This document shows positions 12,897 through 23,591 of a DNA stretch of 64,000 bases, in pieces (within the stretch, counting starts at the first letter, position 1; the number at the start of each line of letters is the position of its first letter). The stretch is taken from assembly GCF_009914755.1 (NCBI RefSeq), contig NC_060931.1; one strand, given 5' to 3'. Source of the DNA: the human T2T-CHM13v2.0 reference genome, Homo sapiens. The position numbers were made by a program, and so were the translations under genes. The notes beneath the pieces were generated by a model, which was given only the letters and a program-made list of their open reading frames with translations, searched no databases and was not told the DNA's origin.

Positions 12897-15492
12897 TGAC
12901 TTGTTTAACAATAAACATGAATCTACGTGGACAAATTAAGTTACTTCTCCATCCCCAAAGATCTTTCATATCTGTAGATTCCACTTCTCATGCCCTCCCT
13001 CCACGTCTTCCTAGTGGCAAGTGGCCACACGAGATTGCAGTTACTCTACTGTCTTAATAGTCAAACACTCTGCAGATTTGTGAACACAGTAGAGGACCTT
13101 GAGCTGGGAGGTAACTGAGGCAGGTAAAAGAAATACCCAAACAAAAGTGGAAAGGTGAAGGGGAGAAGCTGAAACAACAATATCCAGGTTCAATTTAACA
13201 AATAGGTATGTAGTGCTTTATCTGTGGCAGGCAGACACTATACCAAACATTCTAGCTAGAGATAATGTAGATCAAACTCTCAGAAAGAGATCTCCTAATA
13301 CAAGACATAGACGTGAGAATTATTCACTAGATAGAGTGAAGAAAGAGAAAAGCTGAAGGCAAGAGATGTCAAGGACAAGAGATACAAGCATATCAATGAT
13401 GTTTTTGCAATGGTATTGTGTTTAAACCATCCTTGGGCACCTTGAACTATTACAGATTAGCTTTCAAGGTCTATCTTTGTCTCAGACTGTAGGAAACACA
13501 GAAAGTCCTCTTCCTCCCAAGTAGACAAGCACTCCTGGGGCAGAGTCAAGCAGCGCCATTCACCACTGGTTCTCAGGATACATTACAAGAAAGTCATCCT
13601 CAGGACTAGGAATGCAGGCAAGCCCTAATAACTTACAAACAATTCATCCCTCTGACACCAATACCCCTAAAGTACTCATTGTTTTCTTTTGCCCTTTTCT
13701 GGGAAAACACACTTTATCTAATTCTAACATGTCTATTGTAGGGTCTAGCCATAACCCTTATTTTCTCTTTAAAAACCACTTGAATATATATTCAATTATT
13801 CAAAATTTTCCTACATGCAAGGCACTGTTCTATTAGTACGTACAGATGGACAGAAAATAGATCAGTGTAGAGGGAAAAAAGGTTATATATCAAGGCATGA
13901 AATTCAGAGTGACAAGAAACCACTGAGAAGCATTAGCATTATCAATACTGAAATGCCACCTCTATTTCTCTTAATAATGTCAAATCCACTTAAACTAAAA
14001 CTAAACAAAGACCCTGGAGGAACAATGGTCTTTTAACTATAATCAGATATAAATAAGCACAATGGTCCCACAATTTAGTCTAATGTTTGTCTCACTTTTC
14101 CTACTACCACAGTTTAATAAAACAAAGACACAAGCTTAGATTGTCCTAAGAAAGAAGCTAATTATAATAGCTAACACTTGTTGAGTACTGTGAGCCATGC
14201 GCTTTAAAAAATATTTTATAAGTAATAATTCTTCTAATCTTCATGAGAATTTTCATGAGTAGAGATGCCACTTAGTTGGAATATATCAGTAAAATCCTAT
14301 GAGTTGTTGAAATATTGAAATATATGTTGATTGGGAAATTGCAGTTTAGTGCCCCTACCATCTCTCTGACTCCTCCCTTGCATCACCTCAACATTAGAGA
14401 CCACTTCTACCTCCTCATTATTAAGCAATTATAATGTTAATTTCTGACATAATAGGTCTCCAGGATCCTATTCCAATGATCTCTCTCTTCTGAAAACAAA
14501 TCATGCTGTCTGAGCAATATTACTGGTTCCCCCAAAGAATCTCAGAATGCTGGGCTGGGCCCAGCTGGTGGTGGTTGTATGTACAATCGTAAATATCCAC
14601 CTGGATGGACAATTCTGGGTCCTGTGGCTGGCTGTGGCTTTCAAGAAAGTGACGGCAATTCTAGAATAACCTGCCCAGTTATCAGTATCTATCCCATCAG
14701 TTCAGTGCAAAAATTCTACTGAGGATGAAGGCACTGGACCCTCTACCTCTTTACTTTGCAGCTGAGGCTACTGCTGACACCTTTAGCATCTGCCTACTCA
14801 ACCGATAAGATGAGAACCTTAGTCCACTGCCTGCTTAGGAATAAGGGTTAGGGAGAACCAGAGCCAGCTGCCAACTGCAGCATATCCCAATTCGCATTAC
14901 AGTAGGGCACATTATCAGAGGGCTTGACTTGAATGGTCAACATCATTCTCATTTTACAGATAAGGAAACTAATGCATAGAAGTGGTTACTCAAAATGTAA
15001 AGGTCAAAGTGAGGGTCCAAACCCAGACAGGGTGGCAGCAGAATCTGTGCCCTTACCATTGTGTCACTGTGCCTTTCCTCTGTTCTGCAAAACAGGGCTC
15101 ACGCTATTCAACATGACACACCAACAAATGATTTCAATGACAGTCAGTAGTAGAAATATTGAATATATAAAAATGTCAGACAGTATCATACAGAATAGAA
15201 AAATGTAATATAATTGCTGTTAGTGTAGCAGAAGCCGAGGGAAAAGGAACAATATCATTGATGGTCAGAAAAAAATCTGTAATTATTGAGATTATAAATC
15301 ACCTAATGACTATCAATTTAAGAAGAAACATGTTGGAAACATTTGATGCAATTACCTGTGTGAAATCATGGCTGACTCATGGGATCATTTAGCAAGTAAC
15401 AGCTCTACTCAAAAGAGTCAGCCAACACTGTCCATAAATCAACAATTATTTAGAAATCTTAACACTGACTTCATCATTTGCACTGCAACACA

Positions 15493-15838
15493 CAGTTATC
15501 CCTTCTTCCCAGGAGGTATGTTCTAAGATTCCCAGTGGGTGACTGAAACTAGGGATAGTACCAAACTTTACATATACAACGATTCTTCAGTCTCATAACT
15601 GAGAAAACTACTAAGTGATGAATGGGCAGGTAGTGGATATGCTGGACAGAGGGGTGATTCATATCCCAGGACAGAGCAGGATGGCACAAGATTTCGTCGT
15701 GCTACTCAGAACAGCATGCAATTTAAAACTTACGAATTGTTTATTTCTGGGATTTTCCATTTAATATTTTTGGACTGTGGTTGACCTTGGGTAATTGAAA
15801 CCTTGGAAAGCAAAATCATGGATAAGAGGGGACTACTG
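15493..15838 (+). mobile_element. MER44A-like (Tigger7-derived) element
   Basis: cagttatcccttc...ggatagtaccaaac... ending ggataagaggggactactg(ta). Confidence 0.75.
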
Positions 15839-16671
15839 TATATAATTTGGTAAGCAGATGTAGAATATCATATAGTTTAGTCAGGGAATAAAAAAGAACA
15901 TTTAAAAATTATTATTTAAATATTACTCTCTATGGCTCTACCATTTATTAAATATTTTTAATATCATCCTTCCTAGAAAATAAGCCGAAAACTAAGGCAT
16001 GGATTGATAAACTAACTTATACAAAATCACTATCGTAGAAGAAAATGAGTAATTGTCTCCAAACTACAGCTCTGCGATTTGAGATGTCCAGCATCCTTCT
16101 GTTCAGAGTTCTTTTTAGGCCCAATATAAATTTATTCTACTGCTGCTTAATTATAGTTTGAACAAAGCAAACATCCAATATATGTGTGTTGAATTGAATG
16201 GAATTATCCACCTAATTTCTTTGACGATTAAATCACATAGTTACCATGGAGGAGGGGAGGATCATCAATTGCCTTCATCGATAAGGAAAAAAAGTTACTA
16301 TAGAATCATTTATTCTAATCCTCATATCCCAAGTGCTTTAATTTCTCACACTCTTTTCTTTTGACCATTATTAAGAGCTCCTAAGTTGCTGAACTGACAT
16401 TGGATTCAGGATCCTTAACACTGCAAATGTGACTGTTGATATATTGTTGTTAAGATAGCAAAGCAAGGCTTCTAACACCATAAAACCTTTTTATTGCTCG
16501 TCAATAACTTCTGAATTATTCATAAACAACTTCAAGTACTGGGCAAGGAAAGGGCTATTACTTACAGGTGTTAAAATATTGGTAATGCATTATTTCAGGG
16601 CTTATATTCAGTATTGTTAGCAAAAATACACAATACAATTGCTTGGCTATTTTCAAACAGCCAGTTGAACT

Positions 16672-16842
16672 GGGATAAAAGACTACAAATTGGGTTCGGT
16701 AAATACTGCTCAGGTGATGCGTGCACCAAAATCTCACAAATCACCACTAAAGAATTTAGTCACGTAAGCAAATACCACCTGTTCCTCAAAAACCTATAGA
16801 AATAAAAAATTTTATATATATATGTATATATATATATATATA
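16672..16842 (+). mobile_element. L1PB-type extreme 3' fragment with (TA)n tail
   Basis: ggataaaagactacaaattggg...caccaaaatctcacaaatcaccactaaag...aaataaaaaa then tatata. Confidence 0.85.
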
Positions 16843-17511
16843 TTTCATAGAGTTTGAAAGGACCTTAGAAATCATAACCCAGTCCGTTATGGCTTATGAC
16901 TAAGAAAAAGGAGATCCAGAAAGATTCAACTTAGATGACTCCAACAAATATTTATTTAAAACTTGTCACATGTCAGGCACTATGCAAATGCCAGGGCATA
17001 GTGACCAACAATCTGTGCTCCAGAGACTCTTACCACTTAGTGGAAACGAAGCAGAGGTATAATGTGAACTAGGGTCAAACTAATTCTAAAGCAAATGTTC
17101 TTTCATTTACTAAATAAACATCTGAATTAGTAGTAGTAAGAATTCTTAATTTTTAATTAAGAATATCAAATGGGTCATAGTCAGTGAGTCATAAGTTTCA
17201 TCTTCAAAATGTCCTTTTAGACTAAGAGTTCATAAACATTTTGAGAGAAATGAATACCTTTGTAAATGCATTCAGTCAGCAGATATCCATCAGTGACATA
17301 CTCTGTGTTTTGGTGCAATTAATTTAGGACAAAATCTAGGAGTGATCTCCCAAAATTTACACTAAAGAAGGGAGATATTCTTTAGACAAGCAAACAGTAA
17401 TATGCATAAATTATTATGGTATACAAAGTGCCCTGAAAAGAAAGAACAAGACACTTTGATAAAGAACAATATGCTATGTATTTAAAGGTGGTTGTAAAGG
17501 AAGACCTCTGC

Positions 17512-17873
17512 AAAGGACTGGGGTTTGTGTCCCCTCAAAATTTTTATGTTGAAATCCTAAACCCCAACGCAATGGTAATAGGAGGTAAGGTGTTTGAAAG
17601 GTGATCAAGTAATGAGAGTAGACTCTTCATGGATGCAATCAGGCTCCTTATAAAAGAGACCACAGAAAGCTCTCTCACCCTCTTTCCTCCACATGAGAAT
17701 ACAATGAGAAGGTGGCAGTCTGCAACCCCAAAGATGGCCCTCACTAGAATTGGACCACGCTGGTACATTGATCTTGGACTTCCAGCTTGCAGAACTGTGA
17801 GAAATAATTTTTGTTGCTTATAAGCCACCCAGTCCATGGTATTTCATTACAACAGCCTAAACAGACTAAGACA
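17512..17873 (+). mobile_element. MLT1A-type MaLR LTR
   Basis: tttgtgtcccctcaaaat...gttgaaatcctaa...ttggacttcc...aacagactaagaca. Confidence 0.85.
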
Positions 17874-18153
17874 ATGGCTGAGGGGGATGATATTTGAACT
17901 GAGGCCTAACTGTAAGAAACAGTCACGCAAAGAGATTTTCAGTACAGCAGTGAAATACACAAATATCCAAAGGTGGGGAATATCTTGGTATATGCCTCAT
18001 AAATGGAAAGAAAGTTCATGTGGGAGCTGGAGGTGGCTGGAAGGGCAGGCAGGGGCCAGACAATGTGGACCTTTTCATGCCAAGACAGAGGGTTTGCTTT
18101 TGCTCTAAGAGTTATGGAAACCACTGGAGAGTTTTAAGCCAGGGAAAATTATA

Positions 18154-18218
18154 TTAGGCTGGCTCAAAAGTAACTGTGGTTTTTGTCATTACTTTCAATT
18201 ACTTTTGCACCAACCTAA
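18154..18218. mobile_element. MADE1 (Hsmar1-derived MITE), internally deleted
   Basis: TA|ttaggctggctcaaaagtaa...ttacttttgcaccaacctaa|TA inverted termini. Confidence 0.85.
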
Positions 18219-19779
18219 TAATCTGATTTTCATTTTGAAAGATCACTCCTTTAAGTCATGGGTGGATTGAAAGTGACAACTGAAGAATCATGAAGCTATT
18301 ACATTGGTCAAAGGGGAGAGGTCACAGTGTCTTAGTTTAAGGTGCTGATAACAGAATTGGAGACAGTTGGATGGATTTGAAATATATTTTATAAATAAAA
18401 TTGACAGGACAGGCAAATGAATTAGATGTGGGGAGTCTATGAGAGAAGGAATAAACATGACTCCCCAGTTTTCTCAGTTGAGAAGCCAGATTAACAGCCA
18501 TCTCATTTCCTGAGGTGCATACGATTTTCTTAAAATCATTTTTATGGTGATGGAAATAGTCTAGTGTTTGATGTATTATATTTGAGATGACTGTGATACA
18601 TTCAAAAGACATGCCAAGTGGAACTCCAAGAAGGGCAGACTGGAAATGTAAAGTTAGGAGTTGTCAGCCCACATGGTATTTGAAGCCATGAGACTGGATA
18701 AGCTCCTCTAACAGGAGTGGGCAGACGGAAGAGAACATAGAAAAGAACTAAGCTCGGAGGGATTTGCAGAGGTTGGGGGAGGAAGCAATGAAAAAGAATA
18801 GGAAGGGCCATCTGATGAAACAAGAAGAAAATTAGGAAAGGGTGATGTGAGAAGCCAAGAGAGGAGAGCATTCCAAAAAGGATGGAATATGTAGTATCTT
18901 GAATATTTTTGAGAGACTGGATAAGGAAAGAACAGAAAAATAAATAATACCTAATACATTTAGCATATAGGAGATCATAGGCAACACTGAAAAAAGAAGC
19001 AATTTCAGTAAATGGGTAGAGTAGATATCAGATCAGAACAGGTTACAATGACTAGAAAGTGACATACCGAAAATAATTTATATAGTTAACACTTTCTGGA
19101 AGCTTGGCAGTGACCACAAAACTGAGAATTAGAGCAGTAGGTAAGACACAGTTTGTGGCTAAGGAATGTTTTTGGGTTTTTTTAAAGATAGAAATTATTA
19201 GAGTGTGTTTATGCTGATAGAAATTATCTAGAAATGAGGGGATGAAAATATATAAAAGAAAGGAATTTCAAGTCCTTGATAAGAAGACAAGGGAGAATAT
19301 CCAAAACCCTTATGGAAGGTCTAGCTTCAGAGAAGTGGTACAGACTAATGAAAACCAAAAGCATCTTGTATTAGAAAAATTGCACGATTAAAATTGTCTC
19401 TCTTTCTCTCTTCCCCTGCCTCCACATTGACCTATCAATTGAGAGAGATACATATTGGAGGGCAGGAAGCTAAAGGTGGGTATATGAATCCCCTGGTTGG
19501 AAAGTCATAAACTCCATCTTAACTTGAAACAACCCCTTCTAGTTTCCTAAATAAAGCACCTCCTTCAATTGAGTCACCACTGAATTACCTTCTGGCCCAC
19601 ACTGTCTGCACTCTGGGTGGCACTGAGGCACCACAGCCCTATCATTCTTCTCCTGCTTTCCTCACCCTGCGCATGGCCCACAACCTTCCTATTGCTGCCA
19701 TGCTGCACAAACACAATGGGAGAAGACAACTGATGGGGACAACTATGTTTTCTCTTTCTACAACCTCCATCCCAACCTA

Positions 19780-21230
19780 CTCTCTTTCCACATGTTCTCC
19801 CAATCCTTTTGCATTGTCACTAGCAATTATAGCATTCATATTCATGTTGTCTTTTTTCATCAACTCTCTTTAAATGTTTGTGATTCTCAGATATCTCCTA
19901 TTTCCACTCTCCACGTTCATCTATTCCCACAGCTTTCATTACTGTGTAAATAGGCTGATGACTCACAATGCCTGACCTCCAGCCCAGTCTTCCTCATAAG
20001 CTCCAAACTCATATACCCACTCAACCTTCTATTGGGCATCTCCAGTTGAGGACAACAGGGATACCTCACACTTCACAGTTCTACAACTAAACTCATTACC
20101 TCCCCAGCCCATCCTCAAATCAACTCATTTTCCAACATCTAATCAGTTTTTCAGGTGTGTGTGTGTGTGTATGTGTGTTTGTGTGTGTGTGTGTGCGCGC
20201 GCGTGCGCGCACTTAGCAGTAGCTTGGTTTAGTCTGGGCTCCTCTTGTGTCCAAAATCCAATCAATTACTACATCCTGTCAATTTTGTTTCCTTCAAACT
20301 CATATCTACCAACGTTATTCTTAGTTCACGTCACCATTATTTCTTGCCTAGATTACTAGCATGGCTTCTGAAAGTTGTCTCTATGCCTCCAACTCTTGAA
20401 CTGCATGGTATTTCCTCCACGCTGCAGCCTGAACAATATTTGGCTTAAAGTAGTTTAATGCTCACCTCCCAACTATCCTGATGATAAAACACTCAACTTG
20501 CAGCATGGCTTACAAGGACCTTCAGGGTCCAGCTCTTGCTATCTCAGATCTCATGTCTTACTCAGTACACCCTCTCTCACTTGGACTTGTGTGCTCTTCT
20601 TTCTATCCGGAAGGCTCTTGCCACTCACCTCCTAACCACCCTCCTCTCACTTAACTTAGTTAGCTCCTTAAGGTCTCAGCTTAATTGCCGCCTCTTCCAG
20701 GAAGCCCCTTCTCTGACCCCTCTCCTCTCTTTCCTATTTGTTACTACACAGAGCTGATCTGAGGAGTAGACCAGCTGGGGAGGTTTCCAAGGGGTAAATC
20801 TGTAAGTGGAACTGAACCTCGTCTCCCTGAGAAAGTATGCTTATCAGAAATCATTTTTACCAGACTTTGTCTTAAGGAGGATACCGTATAAGATGCTAAT
20901 GTTTGGGAGGCAGTGAGTGACTGCTGGGCAGGCTGAACTACATTCTAGGAGGACAGGTTCTGTTCATTGCAGGCTTTTGTTTCACTGATTAGGGAGTGCA
21001 ATTTTGGGCCTGGAGCTTAACTGTCCAGAATAACACAGGAGGGTTCTTGCCTGAACTGTGCTTGCTGTCTCTGCTAAATAAAATGTGAACAAATAAGTGC
21101 TGTCTCCTCTTGTCATACCTCTGCTTCCCACTAACACATCAGTAACAACTCTTCATTCTAACTTCCTCTTTACCTGTTTATCTTCACGACCAGACTGGAG
21201 GGTCAGGGACTGAGAACTGAATATAGTTCT
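19780..21230. mobile_element. Degenerate L2 fragments, opposite orientation to the 17.3-19.3 kb L2
   Basis: gctgatgactc, tccagccc, ctagattact, aggtctcagcttaa...ttccaggaagcc L2 motifs. Confidence 0.55.
20155..20211. repeat. (GT)n-(GC)n compound microsatellite
   Basis: gtgtgt...gtgcgcgcgcgtgcgcgcac. Confidence 0.95.
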
Positions 21231-21782
21231 AGCTTATGATGTATTTATTTTTTACTTAACAAATGAAAACACTGAGATTTAGAGAGCTTAGGTGAGACGC
21301 CCAAGATCACACACATCAAGGCTGGTTTTGAAAGCAGACCGTCTGACTCCAGGGCTCATAGGAATAACCAGTTACTGTGCTGCCCCATGAATGGCTTATA
21401 CCCACTCAAAATTGAAAAATGCACTTAAAATCAACCAGAACACATGGCAACAGAGCGACACTCTGTCTCCAAATAAATAAGTAATAAAAGTCTATTTCTT
21501 TCTTACCCCTTCAATTCTATCACTACCACCTTCCTCTAGTCTCTGGTTCATTTGGTAAGACCTTAAACTCCCCAGTACATTTTATGAGAATAAAGTCCAG
21601 TGTGCACATGTTGAAAAGACTTGAAGATTTTATTGATTGTGCTTATTGATGTGTTAACAAAAAATTGGCATGCAACAGAAAGAGATAGAATTTATTTTTT
21701 ATTCCCTGGTGAATATCTATGAATCCACTGAATCAATGAGAAATCAAAGGTGATACTTGAAATCAAGCTCTGAAATACTCAC

Positions 21783-21839
21783 TTCTCTTGGTGACCTTGA
21801 GCCTCCTTCTCGAAATGTTGGTTTACATCTGAAATTAAT
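21783..21839 (-). CDS. DGKI: DGKI coding exon 5 (57 nt): INFRCKPTFREGGSRSPRE, last C1A Cys and linker
   Basis: Acceptor ttttctttttgaatgacag|, donor GAA|gtgagt. Confidence 0.96.
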
Positions 21840-22112
21840 CTGTCATTCAAAAAGAAAAGTATATTATATTAGAGATAAGCATCAGACTAGACTGAATTAC
21901 CTGAAAAAAAAAAAAACAGTGACAGATATTGAGACTGAAAAGCAAAACCTCCAAAGAACAAGGAATAATACTCTTCTTAGTCTTTTGAAATCATCACATT
22001 AGATAATCAACAGAGATCCCAGGTGATTCTATATCTCCAACCCCTTTCCTTCATTCTCACAAATCAAATCTAAGTATCTTTAAACGATAATGCTCTTACA
22101 CCATAAATTTGA

Positions 22113-22548
<436 letters not shown>

Positions 22549-23477
22549 CAGAGTTATTCTTTATAAAAGGATTCAGCACTGCTTTTCTTTTAGATGTGGA
22601 GGTCTCCTAGTAGGCACATTGACATTTCGGTTAGCTACTCGATAAAGTGAAAGGAGCAAAAGAATGAAGGCAGAGATGAGTAAGTGAAGTTGGGGCAGAA
22701 AAGAAAATATTAAGATAACATGTTGGTAGTCATTGCCACAAGATATCAGCTAGGATCAACTGGTCATGTCAGTGAAACTACATGAATGTCATGGGGGACT
22801 AAAATATTTCAATGCATTTACCCATGACAGCTCAAGAACATAGATAATACACAGAGAAACACACACATTAAAATGTAGTGGGAAGTGTGAAAGGAAAGAG
22901 GATGGCAGGCAACTCACTATTGGAGCCTTTCCCATCCCCTAAATGACAAATAAATGGACTTTGCCGAATCCACTGATTCTGGAGGCACACCACCACCGGG
23001 ATGTCACTTCCAGCCCCACCCACACATTTGAGCAGCAACAGGAGGAGCACTGCCCCAGCAGAGTGAGAGCCGGCTTCCAGCGTGGCTCGCTCCCTTGCAG
23101 GCACTTTAGGAAGACGTAAACCACACAAGTCAGATATATGTGAACAACAATTATAAACAGCTTATAGAACTTCTTCCTTCTTAAACAGCTTGTGGAACAG
23201 CCTATGGGTGGATAGTAATGCTTGAACTGAGATGATATAATAAGAGAATCAGTGCACACCAGGCTTTTCCATCTAACTGTGTTCTTCCTTTTCCCAAGAG
23301 TCAACGTAAAATGATATCAAATTACACTTCAGCAAACAAGAGAGTGAACGACCCTTAAACATTGTCTTTCCATTAGTAATCTGGTAATAATGTTGGACTT
23401 CCAGCTTTTTTTTAAGGGCATTGTTTTCAAAAAGTTGGAACTGGAAATTTACACCGGGCCTCTGAAGACCAAATACT

Positions 23478-23510
23478 TGCAATGTAACAAAACTGCAGCA
23501 GGGGGCGCGC
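23478..23510 (+). promoter_or_regulatory. Candidate CTCF site with upstream motif
   Basis: Core GCAGCAGGGGGCGC (23495-23508) with TGCAAT starting 17 bp earlier. Confidence 0.65.
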
Positions 23511-23516
23511 TCTTAC

Positions 23517-23591
23517 CTTTTCTAGCTGCTCAATGCAGGCGGTGTGGACGACGATTTTACAGACTGCACACTTCCTCCTGAGAGCTGATTT
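23517..23591 (-). CDS. DGKI: DGKI coding exon 4 (75 nt): [26 protein letters not shown]1A core
   Basis: Acceptor attgtag|, donor AAG|gtaaga; C-x2-C-x4-H-x2-C motif. Confidence 0.97.

Larger units (their letters stand above)
17265..19330. mobile_element. Old L2 LINE remnant, interrupted by MLT1A and MADE1
   Basis: L2-like motifs (tttgaactgagg, ggaaaccactggagagttttaagc, gaaagatcactc, atgactcccc, aagccaagagagga). Confidence 0.7.

Noticed and set aside
22868-23128. 86-aa ORF over the intron 4 promoter-like block
   Set aside because: TTG start, different frame from DGKI at the donor, no recognisable homology
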